From contig CAVQFQ010000008.1 in NCBI GenBank assembly GCA_963711835.1, forward strand, positions 64,239 to 128,238: DNA of 64,000 nucleotides, read 5' to 3'. Below the pieces are notes generated by a model, which worked only from the letters and a program-made list of their open reading frames with translations, was not told the DNA's origin and searched no databases. Positions 1 through 10,357 of this stretch are shown piece by piece; the stretch's first letter is position 1; each line of letters opens with the position of its first letter. Made by a program: the position numbers and the translations under genes. This DNA comes from an uncultured delta proteobacterium. Lineage in GTDB: Bacteria > Desulfobacterota > RBG-13-43-22.

Positions 1-407
1 TAGCCCTCCTTAACCAATTCCCGGTTCACCCAGGTCCCGTCCCGGAGATACACATAAGCCAGTTCCCGGTTAAAGCGGTCCCTTTTTTCCCCTTCGAACT
101 CAAGCCGGATTTCCTTTCCCAAAACCAGATTACGGTTGAATTGGAAGGCCTCCTGGGCCAGAAATTCGGCCTTCCCCGGTTTTCCCCGTTCCGGAGCATT
201 GATGCCCAGGTAGCGGACCCGCTCCCCGTTGGGAAGAGAGATGGAATCCCCATCGGCGACGAAGGCCACCCTGACCCAGGTCTGGGCCTGGACAGGGCCG
301 GGACCGGAACCAAAGAAAAAAGTGGCCAGAAGCGAGGCCAGGAACAGTGCCTGGCATAAAAAATCTTTTTTGGTCAGGATATGACGGGGCTCCGAATGCC
401 GGACCAT
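1..407 (-). CDS. Thermonuclease (SNase-like) family secreted nuclease, 3' part outside window
   Basis: Not in the ORF track because no stop lies inside the window. Manual translation from ATG 407 gives MVRHSEP...LFLASLLATFFF...VAFVADGDSISLPNGERVRYLGINAPE...EKRDRFNRELAYVYLRDGTWVNRELVKEG, containing the SNase DGD, RYLGINAPE and DRxxRxLAYV motifs. Confidence 0.9.
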   Translation of the reverse strand, partial: MVRHSEPRHILTKKDFLCQALFLASLLATFFFGSGPGPVQAQTWVRVAFVADGDSISLPNGERVRYLGINAPERGKPGKAEFLAQEAFQFNRNLVLGKEIRLEFEGEKRDRFNRELAYVYLRDGTWVNRELVKEG

Positions 408-448
408 GGCGGACAAAAAACCATTTGGTTCGATCTCGCCGCCTTGGA

Positions 449-1384
449 TCACAACGATAAATGACGGCGAAAATAAGCGATGGTCTCTATTAATCCCTTT
501 TCCAAGGCTACCCGGGGGGTCCAACCCAACTTTTCTCGGGCCAGTCTGATATCCGGTTTTCTCTGGACCGGATCGTCCTGGGGCAGGGGTTTATAGTTAA
601 GGGACGAGCTGGAACGGGTCAGGCCTTTGACCTGCTCAGCCAGTTCCAGGATGGTGAACTCCTTGGGGTTCCCTAAGTTGACCGGACCGATGAAAGGCTC
701 CCCTTCCATCAAGGCCATCAGGCCTCGGACCATATCCGAAATAAAACAAAAAGAGCGTGTCTGACGGCCCCGGCCATAGATCGTAATGGGGTCTCCCCGC
801 AGGGCCTGGACGATAAAATTGCTGACCACCCGGCCGTCATTAACGGCCATCCGTGGGCCGTAGGTATTGAAGATGCGGGCAATGCGGATATCCACCCCAT
901 GCTGGCGATGGTAATCCATCATCAGGGTTTCGGCCACCCGCTTGCCTTCATCATAACAGCCCCGGGGACCGATACAATTTACATTTCCCCAATAGGTCTC
1001 TTTCTGAGGGTGGACCGAGGGGTCGCCATAAACCTCCGAGGTGGAGGCTTGAAGAATGCGGGCTTTTACCCGCTTGGCCAACCCCAGCATATTCAGGGTC
1101 CCCATGACATTGGTCTTAACGGTTTTGACCGGATTGAATTGATAATGAATCGGGGAAGCGGGGCAGGCCAGGTTATAAATCTGATCGATCTCCAGCGTTA
1201 TGGGATTAATTAGGTCATGGCGCAGGATCTCGAAATGGGGATTGGCCCGTAGATTGAGAATATTTTCTTTTGAGCCGGTGTAATAATTGTCGACACAGAT
1301 GACATCATGGCCTTGATCCAGCAAGGCTTCACAGAGGTGGCTGCCTATGAAACCCGCCCCACCGGTTACCAATATTTTCTTCAT
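449..1384 (-). CDS. UDP-glucuronic acid decarboxylase (extended SDR)
   Basis: [42 protein letters not shown] and [10 protein letters not shown] motifs typical of UXS. Confidence 0.93.
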   Translation of the reverse strand: MKKILVTGGAGFIGSHLCEALLDQGHDVICVDNYYTGSKENILNLRANPHFEILRHDLINPITLEIDQIYNLACPASPIHYQFNPVKTVKTNVMGTLNMLGLAKRVKARILQASTSEVYGDPSVHPQKETYWGNVNCIGPRGCYDEGKRVAETLMMDYHRQHGVDIRIARIFNTYGPRMAVNDGRVVSNFIVQALRGDPITIYGRGRQTRSFCFISDMVRGLMALMEGEPFIGPVNLGNPKEFTILELAEQVKGLTRSSSSLNYKPLPQDDPVQRKPDIRLAREKLGWTPRVALEKGLIETIAYFRRHLSL

Positions 1385-1407
1385 GGTCTCTCCTTGTTAG
1401 GATCCAT

Positions 1408-1543
1408 AAATCCGAAATTTGAGGTACGAAATCCGAAACAAGCACGAAGGTCAGAAATCCAAATGATCAAAACAGGAACGTTTCGAATTTTGAAATTTGG
1501 TCTTTTGCATTTGTTTCGAGTTTTGAAATTCGGATTTCGGATT
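1408..1543. repeat. AT-rich imperfect palindromic element with ~7-nt periodic (aaatccg/cggattt) arms, copy 1
   Basis: Left arm aaatccgaaatttgaggtacgaaatccgaaacaa is complementary to right arm ttgtttcgagttttgaaattcggatttcggatt. A related copy lies at 38315-38452. Confidence 0.8.
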
Positions 1544-1710
1544 GCCTTTCCCCTCTTTTGACAAAGGGGGGATTTTTCAGATGAGTTAACTTCCGTTTTT
1601 CTTATGGCATGGGGAGACCCTTTTGTCAAGGAAAGGCCGTTTTTTGCCCTTTACCCCCTTGGTATCTTATGTTATTAATCTAAGCCAGAAATAGGAAGAA
1701 GGAGGCTGCC

Positions 1711-2055
1711 GTGTTGAAGGAAAAACTTTCTTATCCCCCGATGATCGAAAGCCTGCCCGATATTGATATCAATCTGCCCGGGGTGCGGGGTAAACTATTT
1801 CAAGGTCCCGGCCTGCAGGCGGTTTTTTTTGAGGTCCGGGACACCGGGTCCATCCCACCCCATCACCATGAAGCTCAGTGGGGTGTGATTTTGGAAGGGG
1901 AAGCGGACCTGACCATCGATGGGGTGACTGAACGCTATCAGAAGGGCGATTCGTATTATATCCCGGCCGGTGTGGTCCACTCGACTAAGGTGCGGAGCCC
2001 CATGAAAGCCCTGGAGTTTTTTAATGAACCGGAACGCTACCGGCCTAAAAGGTAG
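1711..2055 (+). CDS. Cupin domain protein
   Basis: PPHHHEAQWG...YYIPAGVVHS cupin metal-binding motifs; SD ggagg upstream of GTG. Confidence 0.85.
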   Translation: MLKEKLSYPPMIESLPDIDINLPGVRGKLFQGPGLQAVFFEVRDTGSIPPHHHEAQWGVILEGEADLTIDGVTERYQKGDSYYIPAGVVHSTKVRSPMKALEFFNEPERYRPKR

Positions 2056-2133
2056 TCGAACTTTTAATGATTCTTTATTTGGATTTCGAATTTAGCCAAA
2101 CACCCAAATCCCACTAAGAAGAAGGGGCATATT

Positions 2134-3315
2134 ATGGCTGTTGCTGAAAAAATAAAAGGCTTCATGGAAAAATCATCCTGGATCCGAAAGATGTTTGAAC
2201 AGGGGGCCTTGCTCAAGGCCCAGCACGGCCCTGACCGGGTCTATGATTTCAGCCTGGGCAATCCCAATATAGAACCTCCCGAGGCGGTTCATCAGGCCCT
2301 CGAAAAAGTCCTTCGGGAGAAGAAAGCAGCCCTTCATGCCTATATGCCCAATGCCGGTTATCCGGCTACCAGAAAGGCCATAGCCGGCTTTCTCACCCGG
2401 GAGCATGGCCTGCCCTTCAGCGAAAGGGAAGTCGTCATGACCTGCGGAGCGGCCGGGGCCCTCAACGTGGTCCTGAAGGCCCTCTTAAATCCGGGTGACG
2501 AACTGATCGTGCTTTCCCCTTATTTTGTGGAATACCTTTTTTACACCGATAACTTCCAAGGTGTGCCCAAGGTCGTAGCCACTGGGGCCGATTTCCAGCC
2601 TGATCTCCAGGCTATTGAGCAGGTTTTGTCCCCCAAGACCAAAGCCATCTTAATTAACTCACCGAACAATCCCACCGGAAAGGTCTATGGGGCCTCGGCC
2701 ATCTCCGGTCTGGCGGAACTGCTTACCCATTACAGCCGGAAATTCGGCCAGTCCATTTATTTGATATCCGATGAGCCCTACCGAAAAATTATTTACGATC
2801 AGGTGGAGGTCCCCAGCATTTTTCAGGCCTACCCGGAAAGCATCCTGGTCACCTCCTATTCCAAGGATCTCTCCCTGCCGGGGGAACGGATCGGCTATCT
2901 GGCCGTTCACCCTCAGGCCCCGGATAAGGGAGAGCTGATCGAGGCCATGACCTTCACCAACCGGATTTTGGGATTCGTCAACGCCCCGGCTCTGATGCAA
3001 TGGATCCTGCCGGAACTCCAGGGGTTGACCGTCGAGGTGGCCCTGTATCAGAAGAAACGGGATCTTTTTTACCAGGCCCTGACCCGAATGGGCTACGAGT
3101 TGGTCAAACCGGAAGGGGCCTTTTATCTCTTCCCGAAATCACCCCTCCCGGATGATGTCGCCTTTGTCCAGGCCCTACAGGAAGAGTTGATCCTGACCGT
3201 CCCCGGAACCGGCTTCGGCGCGCCGGGTTATTTTCGGATCGCCTATTGCGTCCCGGACGCCACGATCGAAAATTCCCTGCCCGGGTTTGAGAAGGTCATA
3301 AACAAATTTAAATAA
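2134..3315 (+). CDS. PLP-dependent class I/II aminotransferase (aspartate aminotransferase-like)
   Basis: INSPNNPTG, ISDEPY and SYSKDLSLPGERIGY (PLP lysine) motifs. Confidence 0.93.
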   Translation: MAVAEKIKGFMEKSSWIRKMFEQGALLKAQHGPDRVYDFSLGNPNIEPPEAVHQALEKVLREKKAALHAYMPNAGYPATRKAIAGFLTREHGLPFSEREVVMTCGAAGALNVVLKALLNPGDELIVLSPYFVEYLFYTDNFQGVPKVVATGADFQPDLQAIEQVLSPKTKAILINSPNNPTGKVYGASAISGLAELLTHYSRKFGQSIYLISDEPYRKIIYDQVEVPSIFQAYPESILVTSYSKDLSLPGERIGYLAVHPQAPDKGELIEAMTFTNRILGFVNAPALMQWILPELQGLTVEVALYQKKRDLFYQALTRMGYELVKPEGAFYLFPKSPLPDDVAFVQALQEELILTVPGTGFGAPGYFRIAYCVPDATIENSLPGFEKVINKFK

Positions 3316-3383
3316 TGAGTTTTCCCTCATCCTGTTAATTTTTGATAAATTAATTTTTCCGAAGCCCCCATCTCCTATTCACC

Positions 3384-4421
3384 GTGAAAACAATTGCCGT
3401 CGCCCTAAGCGGAGGTATTGACAGCGCCTTCAGTGCTTATCGGCTAAAAAAAGAAGGCTACCGGGTTATCGGACTGCATGCCGATTTCGGTTTGAACCCA
3501 ACACCTGCCCTTCTCCAGGTAAAAAAAGTCGCCCATTTTTTAAGCCTCCCACTTGAAATCCTCCCTCTGCAAGAGGCCTTTCAGCAAAAAGTAATCGATT
3601 ACTTCGTCTCGGAATACCAATCAGGGCGAACGCCCAACCCCTGTGTGGTCTGCAACCGGCAGATAAAATTCGACCTGCTTTTTGAAAAAGCCCTTCAATC
3701 AGGAGCTGAAGGATTGGCCAGCGGCCATTACGCCCGCATCGTCCCCTGCCCCTGGGGAGACGGCCGGACGATCGCCCGGGGCCTGGACCTTCAAAAGGAT
3801 CAATCTTATTTCCTGCACCGTTTGGAGGCTGAAAAACTGGATCGAATTCTCTTTCCCCTGGGGACCTGGACCAAGGGGCAAGTTCGTTCCGCTGCCCGGG
3901 AAATCGGGTTACCTATCTCGCCGCGGGGGGAAAGCCAGGACATCTGTTTCCTCCCCAAAAGCGGCTACCGGGAATTTTTGATCCAAAGGATCGGCCCCGA
4001 AGCATTCAGGAAAGGGGATATGGTTGACCTGGAGGGACGCCTGTTGGGGACCCATCAGGGCCTGCCGGCCTATACTATCGGCCAGCGAAGGGGTTTGGGA
4101 CTGCCCTCTTCAGCCCCCTATTATGTCATCGGGATTGATCCTGAAAAAAATCAACTTCGCTTAGGCCGAAAAAAAGACCTTGAAAAGCCGGACTGCCAAG
4201 TAAATGGATTTCATTGGATCTGCCGACCCGATGATCTCGAAGGACTGGAGCTTTCGGTTCAGATCCGTTACCGCCATAACCCGGTCCGGGCCAGGATCAT
4301 TGGCCGGAATAAGGCCATGGTTTCAATCCGATTTCTGGAGGCTCAGAAGGCCGTCACCCCGGGCCAGGCCGCGGTCCTCTACGTTGACGACCGGGTTTTG
4401 GGCGGAGGCTGGATTGTCTAA
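3384..4421 (+). CDS. mnmA: tRNA 2-thiouridine(34) synthase MnmA
   Basis: SGGIDS PP-loop, GRTPNPCVVCN, SGHYA, KDQSYFL, ESQDICF, TIGQRRG and TPGQ motifs. Confidence 0.96.
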   Translation: MKTIAVALSGGIDSAFSAYRLKKEGYRVIGLHADFGLNPTPALLQVKKVAHFLSLPLEILPLQEAFQQKVIDYFVSEYQSGRTPNPCVVCNRQIKFDLLFEKALQSGAEGLASGHYARIVPCPWGDGRTIARGLDLQKDQSYFLHRLEAEKLDRILFPLGTWTKGQVRSAAREIGLPISPRGESQDICFLPKSGYREFLIQRIGPEAFRKGDMVDLEGRLLGTHQGLPAYTIGQRRGLGLPSSAPYYVIGIDPEKNQLRLGRKKDLEKPDCQVNGFHWICRPDDLEGLELSVQIRYRHNPVRARIIGRNKAMVSIRFLEAQKAVTPGQAAVLYVDDRVLGGGWIV

Positions 4422-5736
4422 AATCGATAACCCCTCCCGGCCGCGTCTGGCCATTCATACCCTGGGTTGTAAAGTCAACCAGTTTGAATCCGCCTGCCTG
4501 GTAGGGCAATTTCAGGCCAAGAACTGGCTAACGGTGCCTTTCAAGGACCAAGCCGAACTTTTTTTAATCAACACCTGCGCGGTTACGGCCGAAGCCCAAA
4601 GGCAATCCACCCAAATAGTCAGGCAGGCCATCCGCCGCCATTCCCAGGCCCTGATCATCGTTACCGGTTGTGTGGCCCAATTATTTCCCCAGGTTTTTGA
4701 AGAAATCCCCGGTGTAGATTACATCGTGGGGACCTTCAATAAATTTTCGATACCGGACCTTATTTCGTCTCTAACCAAGGAGGAATACGCCCGGACAGCC
4801 ATCCTTCCGGAACCGCCCGGCCCTCTCCTTCAAGGGGCCTTTCCCTTAGATTATAATCGGACCCGGGCCTTTTTGCGCATTCAGGACGGATGCAACGCAG
4901 GCTGCAGCTACTGCCTGGTTCCTCAGGCTCGGGGGTCTTCCAGGAGCGTGGCCCGGGAGGAGGTGCACAGGGGCATAAGAGCCCTAGCCGGCCAAGGCTT
5001 TAAAGAAGTGATCCTGACCGGGATTCACCTGGGACAATACGGACAGGACCTATCCCCGGCCACGGATTTGGTTTCGCTGCTGGCGAGCCTCCTCGAAGAA
5101 AGGCCGGAAATTGCATTTCGCTTAAGCTCCCTGGAAGCGCAGGAAGTTTCCCCGGAATTGATGGCCTTATTCAAAAGCCGGCCCAACCTCTGCCCCCATT
5201 TCCATATCCCTCTGCAAAGCGGCGATGATTTCCTGCTCCGGAGGATGAACCGCCGCTATACCCGGGAAGAATACCGCCACCTGATTCAGGCCCTCAACCG
5301 GGAATTGCCCCGGGCCTCCATCGGGACGGATATTATCGTCGGCTTTCCGGGTGAAGATGAACAAGCCTTCCGGCAGACCCTTGACCTGGTCCGGGACCTG
5401 CCTCTTTCCTATCTGCATCTCTTCCCTTATTCCCCCCGTCCCGGGACCTTGGCGGCCCTTATCCAGGATCAGGTCCCCGAGCCCCTGAAGAAAAAACGGC
5501 TCGAGATGTTGAGGGAAATCGACCGGCTGAAGCGGCAAGAGTTTGCCGCTCAGGCCTTAGGGCAGGTCTTTTCGGCCTTGGTTCTGAAACCCTTGAAAGA
5601 AAAAGGGTGGTATGAAACGTTAACAGAAAATTATTTGACGGTCCGGGTTGAAGGAAACCTGAGAAGGAATGACCGCGTCCGGATCCGCCTGACTGCGGTC
5701 GGACCCCAGGGAATCCGGGGGGATTTGGCCGCCTGA
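4414..5736 (+). CDS. mtaB: tRNA methylthiotransferase MtaB (radical SAM)
   Basis: TLGCKVNQFES, INTCAVT and IQDGCNAGCSYC (CxxxCxxC) motifs. The start is probably TTG 4414, overlapping the mnmA stop; the ORF-track start at 4204 overlaps mnmA heavily. Confidence 0.92.
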   Translation: MSKIDNPSRPRLAIHTLGCKVNQFESACLVGQFQAKNWLTVPFKDQAELFLINTCAVTAEAQRQSTQIVRQAIRRHSQALIIVTGCVAQLFPQVFEEIPGVDYIVGTFNKFSIPDLISSLTKEEYARTAILPEPPGPLLQGAFPLDYNRTRAFLRIQDGCNAGCSYCLVPQARGSSRSVAREEVHRGIRALAGQGFKEVILTGIHLGQYGQDLSPATDLVSLLASLLEERPEIAFRLSSLEAQEVSPELMALFKSRPNLCPHFHIPLQSGDDFLLRRMNRRYTREEYRHLIQALNRELPRASIGTDIIVGFPGEDEQAFRQTLDLVRDLPLSYLHLFPYSPRPGTLAALIQDQVPEPLKKKRLEMLREIDRLKRQEFAAQALGQVFSALVLKPLKEKGWYETLTENYLTVRVEGNLRRNDRVRIRLTAVGPQGIRGDLAA

Positions 5737-5743
5737 ATTTTTT

Positions 5744-6044
5744 GGTAACGTTCAAAAGTTGAGGCCTTACGGTTCTCCCGTAGAGGGGTCCGATGGTCTT
5801 GATTTCAAGGTTGTCCAAAGGGCAACCCATCGCCCAAATCCGGCCCAAACCTTAAAGTTAATTCGGTGCCGGGCATACACCCAAGACGATAAACAGCTTT
5901 GGTGTTGGCCTGTTTCTGGACTACCTTATAAACTTCCTGCCCGGGTTCAAGCTATCTGTGTTTTGGTGGACAATCCTTGAAATCAAGACCATCGGACCCC
6001 TTTTCAGGGTGAGATAACTTTTGCCTCAACTTTTGAACAGTACC
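5744..6044. mobile_element. Non-autonomous MITE with nested inverted repeats and 8-bp target duplication
   Basis: Terminal IRs GGTAACGTTCAAAAGTTGAGGC (5744-5765) and GCCTCAACTTTTGAACAGTACC (6023-6044) match at 20/22. An inner IR pair 5785-5817 / 5967-6000 differs by one bulge. AATTTTTT flanks both sides (5736-5743, 6045-6052). Confidence 0.82.
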
Positions 6045-6138
6045 AATTTTTTAAAGTTTCGGCTTCAATCTATGCTATAGTGCCTCTACAGTGTAAACAT
6101 CTAAGGCAACCCAACTATTTCTATGGGGAGGTTTGATT

Positions 6139-6780
6139 ATGTTGGTAAAAGATAGAATGTCTGTTGATGTCCCCACCTTGAGCCCCGACAACACCTTATT
6201 GAAAGCCATGAATCTGGTTCAGCAAAAAGGCATTCGCTACCTGCCGGTAGTGGATGGGAAAAAGGTGGTCGGGATGGTCACCGAGTATGACGTCCGAAAG
6301 GCTGGTTCCTCCGACGCCAGCTCCCTCTCTATTTACGAGCTAAATTACCTCCTGGATAAGGTCAAGGTCTCCAAGTTTATGACCAAGAAGGTCATTACCG
6401 TCTTACCCCAGGAACCCATTGAGGTGGCCGCCAAGAAAATATACGATCATAAAATCGGGGCCTTGCCGGTGGTGGAAAAAAATGAACTGGTCGGCCTCAT
6501 CACCAGTGCCGACATATTGGAAACCTTTATCGAGGTCCTGGGGATCAACGAACCCAGCATCCGTCTTGAACTGGAGCTGGAAAACCGGACCGGGTCCCTG
6601 GCTGATGCGGCCAAGATCCTGAAGGATCTGGGCTTATATCTGGTCAGCGTAATCACCTTGCCGCGTCAGGAAGGCAAGAAAACCCGGACCACTGTTTTCC
6701 GAGTTCAACCGACCGATGAAAAGAAGTTGAAGGACCATCTCCGTTCAGTGGGCTCCCCGATTGTTTCGGTCCTGGGATAA
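6139..6780 (+). CDS. CBS-pair plus ACT domain protein (AcuB-like)
   Basis: Tandem CBS motifs (IRYLPVVD, IGALPVVE), the SSLSIYELNYLL signature and a C-terminal ACT-like ENRTGSLAD. Confidence 0.88.
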   Translation: MLVKDRMSVDVPTLSPDNTLLKAMNLVQQKGIRYLPVVDGKKVVGMVTEYDVRKAGSSDASSLSIYELNYLLDKVKVSKFMTKKVITVLPQEPIEVAAKKIYDHKIGALPVVEKNELVGLITSADILETFIEVLGINEPSIRLELELENRTGSLADAAKILKDLGLYLVSVITLPRQEGKKTRTTVFRVQPTDEKKLKDHLRSVGSPIVSVLG

Positions 6781-6835
6781 CCCCGGACATCCCGATCCCG
6801 GAGCAAACCCGGTTTACGAACTTCCTAAATTTCCC

Positions 6836-7693
6836 TTATTTGGTCAGGCCCCGGCTGATTCGATCTTCAAGAAGAGGGATGATCTTGGGGGAGAGGAGCA
6901 AGGTCTTAATTTTTTCCAAACGGGAAAAGGCAATTTCCCTGGGCATGATTTGATCCTGGAGGCCTTGGGCGATGGAAATCCTTTGCAGTTGAAAGGCCTT
7001 CGGATCCAGACGGCGAACGGCGTTAAAAGTCTTGCGAATCTTGGCCCGGATTTCCAGGTCCTGATCCGGATTATAGTTGGGATTGTGAGCCCTTACCCTT
7101 TCCATAATCCGCGCCAGCAATTTTTTGGCCAGGCCTTCAACCCTTGAAGCCGGTGCTTTGTGAACGGCTTCAAGAATCCTGGCCAGACCCTGAACGGCCT
7201 CGGTCTGACTCCTCCCCTCTTCCTTTGCTATCCGAGAAATACCAGAGGAATAGCCGTCCAGTGCGATAAGCTGGGGTTCCTGCAATAGGTTTTCAATCCG
7301 CCGGGCCAGGACCTCCAATTGGAGATTCGTTTCCCGAATAACCTCTTGGGATTTGGTTTTTAATTCATTCAATCTTTTTGCCCGACGGCCCTCTAATTGG
7401 GTTTCCCCATCCTCACCCTCCCGGGGGATGGTTTCCATGGCCTCCAAGGCCTCCAGTTGAAATTCCCCGATCCTGATCCGGGCGCGGCGTCGAAGGGCTT
7501 CGGCCTCTTGAGCGGCTTCAATAATCAATTCGGCCTGCCTTTTTTCCAGATCCAGGGTAGGCAGCAGATGAAGGATCCGGGTTTCTTCTTTTAGGGTTTG
7601 TATCCGGGAAAGATCCTGGTCAAGGCCCAAGATGGGAAGAGGCTGACAGAAAAAAAACAGTATAAAAAACACCTGGAAAACATTTCTTCGCAC
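6836..7693 (-). CDS. Hypothetical secreted, helical/coiled-coil protein
   Basis: Long ORF. The likely start is GTG 7693 (SD gggag), giving a signal-peptide-like MRRNVFQVFFILFFFCQPLPILG; the ORF-track start at 7879 looks over-extended. Confidence 0.6.
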   Translation of the reverse strand: MRRNVFQVFFILFFFCQPLPILGLDQDLSRIQTLKEETRILHLLPTLDLEKRQAELIIEAAQEAEALRRRARIRIGEFQLEALEAMETIPREGEDGETQLEGRRAKRLNELKTKSQEVIRETNLQLEVLARRIENLLQEPQLIALDGYSSGISRIAKEEGRSQTEAVQGLARILEAVHKAPASRVEGLAKKLLARIMERVRAHNPNYNPDQDLEIRAKIRKTFNAVRRLDPKAFQLQRISIAQGLQDQIMPREIAFSRLEKIKTLLLSPKIIPLLEDRISRGLTK

Positions 7694-8097
7694 CGGCGCT
7701 CCCGAACCTACCTGAACAACCCTCGATGTTGCAAAAGTTTCGGAAGTTACAGATCCGAGGCGTCCAGGGCGAAGCTGTATATGCATACCGCGAGCCCTGG
7801 ACAACAAAGGAAATGTGGCTTCCCAGACTTTCCCGAAGGGTAAAAATTGATCGATATTTTTTAGGATGCTAAATTTCACCTGGAGTGAATTTTGGTCTCA
7901 ACTCTGAAAAGTTAGAAGATACTGTTTTAATTTATAAAAAATCTTTATCGATCAATTTTTATACAACATCGAGGTAATTTCTCAATTTCCGGCCTTATTG
8001 GTGAAGGACTCCCTCCATAAGACAAGGCTTGGTTTGGATGAAAGTTTAAAAATGGTTTTGGCCGATTGGATTATCCCTTCGAATTGGCCCCAAAGAA

Positions 8098-8128
8098 GAA
8101 AGGGGCAGATTGTTGACAACCTGCCCCT
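8098..8128 (-). terminator. Intrinsic terminator after tRNA-Leu(CAG)
   Basis: Stem aggggcag / ctgcccct followed by a T-rich tract on the minus strand. Confidence 0.7.
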
Positions 8129-8139
8129 GCTCTTTAATT

Positions 8140-8226
8140 TGGTGCCGAAGAGGGGACTCGAACCCCTACAGGCGTTCACCTACTAGACCCTGAACCTAGC
8201 GCGTCTACCAATTCCGCCACTTCGGC
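8140..8226 (-). tRNA. tRNA-Leu(CAG)
   Basis: Reverse complement GCCGAAGTGGCGGAATTGGTAGACGCGCTAGGTTCAGGGTCTAG...GGTTCGAGTCCCCTCTTCGGCACCA, with a long variable arm and a CCA end. Confidence 0.97.
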
Positions 8227-8311
8227 AGGTGCTGATTTTTATTGATTTTCAAAACAGGTAAAATTATATAGTAGGGTTGTCTTTCTGTCAAGAATTCTTT
8301 GGGATTTTTCC

Positions 8312-9256
8312 ATGGGTCATTACTTTACCGATATCCATCAGATCAAACATCCTCTTCGATCCCCGGTCCTGACCATCGGAAATTTTGACGGCATTCACCG
8401 GGGCCATCAAAGCCTGTTCCAGAAGGTCCAGGAACGGGCCAGGGCGATTCAAGGCACCTCGCTGGTTATCACCTTTACCCCCCACCCGGCCCGGGTCTTA
8501 CGGCCCAGCAAGGCCCCCCGGCAGATCGTATCGGACGAAAACAAAGTCGCCCTGATCTTTGAGTCCGGGATTGACGCAGTTCTGGCGCTGCCTTTCTCCC
8601 GGGAATTTGCCCAGATTTCAGCCCGGGATTTTGTCCGGGATATTTTGATCGAAAAAATTCAGATGAAGGAAATCGTGGTCGGCTATGACTACACCTTCGG
8701 ACGAAAACGGGAGGGCAACATCCTTCTCTTGCAGCAATGGGGCCAGGAATTCGGCTTCAGCCTGCATATCCATCCCCCGGTGACCATCGGCAGCCATGTG
8801 GTCAGCAGCACCCGAATCCGGGAATTAATTACCTCCGGGGCCATGGAGGAAGCCGCCCTTCTCCTGGGTCGCCCCTTTTGCCTCACCGGAACCATCATTA
8901 CCGGAAAGGGAATCGGGCGATCTCTGCTCGGAATCCCTACCGCCAATTTGGATCCCTTGGAAACCCTGCTCCCCCAAAGAGGGGTCTATGTGGTCCGCCT
9001 GGTGAAAGAAAAAGGTTCCTTTTTTGGGGTCACCAATGTGGGCTTCAATCCCACCTTTGCCGGCAAACATATTTCGGTTGAGACCTACCTCTTCGATTTT
9101 GATGGAGACCTTTACGGGAAAAAGATCAAACTCTTTTTTTTAAAGCGGTTGCGCGGGGAAAAAACCTATCCCGGCCCGGAAGCCCTAAAGGCCCAGATAG
9201 ACAAGGACATCGATCAGGCCAAATCCTGGTTAAAGCAAAGGGGTTATTTTTATTAA
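8312..9256 (+). CDS. ribF: Bifunctional riboflavin kinase / FAD synthetase
   Basis: IGNFDGIHRGH, SSTRIR, GIPTANL, NVGFNPT and VETYLFDF motifs. Confidence 0.96.
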   Translation: MGHYFTDIHQIKHPLRSPVLTIGNFDGIHRGHQSLFQKVQERARAIQGTSLVITFTPHPARVLRPSKAPRQIVSDENKVALIFESGIDAVLALPFSREFAQISARDFVRDILIEKIQMKEIVVGYDYTFGRKREGNILLLQQWGQEFGFSLHIHPPVTIGSHVVSSTRIRELITSGAMEEAALLLGRPFCLTGTIITGKGIGRSLLGIPTANLDPLETLLPQRGVYVVRLVKEKGSFFGVTNVGFNPTFAGKHISVETYLFDFDGDLYGKKIKLFFLKRLRGEKTYPGPEALKAQIDKDIDQAKSWLKQRGYFY

Positions 9257-9467
9257 AGATTTTATTTCCTATTCTCTCTTGGCTGTTTTTCTGGTATTTT
9301 TTTTCTTGACAGCTTTTGTTTCATACTATAAAGGGAAAAACCATAAAATAGGTCCTTTATAACTATCCCACTCTGTGGCAGAGACTATTTTTGCAGCCGG
9401 CCTTTAAACCAGGCCCTGTTTCAGGACCTGGAACACGGCCGGAAGGAAGGCTTAGGAGGTCAGCCCG

Positions 9468-9851
9468 TTGTTCTCCCAGATGTTTCAAGCGGCCCTGCAT
9501 GATTTTTTTTACGTGCTCCTGTTTTTGCTGGTGGCCCTTATTTTCGCCGTGATACCGATCGTCCTTTCCGTCTATGTGGCCCCCCATGTCTACGGAGAAA
9601 AACGGCGCACTACCTATGAAAGCGGTATGCCTCCGGTGGGCACGGCCTGGATCCAGTTCGGGGCCTCCTATTATCTCTTTGCCCTGATCTTTCTGGCCTT
9701 CGATGTGGATGTGCTCTACCTTTTTCCGGTGCTGATAGCTTATGAAAGGAATGGCCAGTATTTTCAACTCCTCGAACTGGCCATCTTCCTCTTTCTGATC
9801 TCCTTGACCATCGTTTATGCCTGGCGGAAGGGGGTATTTCGATGGAGGTAA
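9468..9851 (+). CDS. nuoA: NADH-quinone oxidoreductase subunit A
   Basis: YESG and [14 protein letters not shown] motifs, three TM helices; first gene of the nuo operon. Confidence 0.92.
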   Translation: MFSQMFQAALHDFFYVLLFLLVALIFAVIPIVLSVYVAPHVYGEKRRTTYESGMPPVGTAWIQFGASYYLFALIFLAFDVDVLYLFPVLIAYERNGQYFQLLELAIFLFLISLTIVYAWRKGVFRWR

Positions 9852-10357
9852 AAGAGACCCCGGCGATTGTCAAATTTGCCCCGGTCCAGGATATCCTTAA
9901 TCTGGCCCGGGCCAGTTCTCTCTGGCCCATGACTTTCGGGATCGCCTGTTGTTCCATAGAAATGATGGCCGCCGGCATGGCCCGTTTTGATCTGGATCGT
10001 TTTGGAATCATCTTTCGATCCACCCCCCGCCAGTCGGATGTCATGATTGTGGCCGGCACCATTTCCCATAAATTTGTCCCGACCATCAAGACCCTTTGGG
10101 ATCAAATGCCGGCCCCCAAATGGGTCATTGCCATGGGCAATTGCGCCATCTCCGGAGGCCCTTTTGCCTACGACGGGCAATATGCCATCGTCAACGGGGC
10201 GGATAAAATCGTCCCGGTGGACATCTATATCCCCGGCTGCCCCCCGCGTCCCGAGGGGCTGATCCAGGGATTACTTCAACTACAAAAAAAGATTACCCGA
10301 GGCATGCTGGATGCTAACCGAAGGGCAGAAAAAGCAGCTCGAAGATCTAAAAAATAG
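9842..10357 (+). CDS. nuoB: NADH-quinone oxidoreductase subunit B
   Basis: ACCSIEM tandem Cys (N2 cluster), MGNCA and PGCPPRPE. Confidence 0.96.
   Translation: MEVKETPAIVKFAPVQDILNLARASSLWPMTFGIACCSIEMMAAGMARFDLDRFGIIFRSTPRQSDVMIVAGTISHKFVPTIKTLWDQMPAPKWVIAMGNCAISGGPFAYDGQYAIVNGADKIVPVDIYIPGCPPRPEGLIQGLLQLQKKITRGMLDANRRAEKAARRSKK

Noticed and set aside
26-359. Three short ORFs in the track at the window start
   Set aside because: They are shadows of the thermonuclease gene in another minus-strand frame that runs off the window.
1381-1629. 82-aa minus ORF and overlapping 84-aa plus ORF
   Set aside because: They translate the heptamer palindrome and show no protein-like features.
5759-5980. 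73-aa ORF or 6S RNA inside the MITE
   Set aside because: The ORF has no SD or motifs. The ggttcaag resemblance to 6S is weak, and the terminal IRs plus target duplication favour a mobile element.
9376-9394. TGGCA...TTGC possible sigma-54 promoter before nuoA
   Set aside because: The GG-to-GC spacing is 14 nt, not the strictly required 10.
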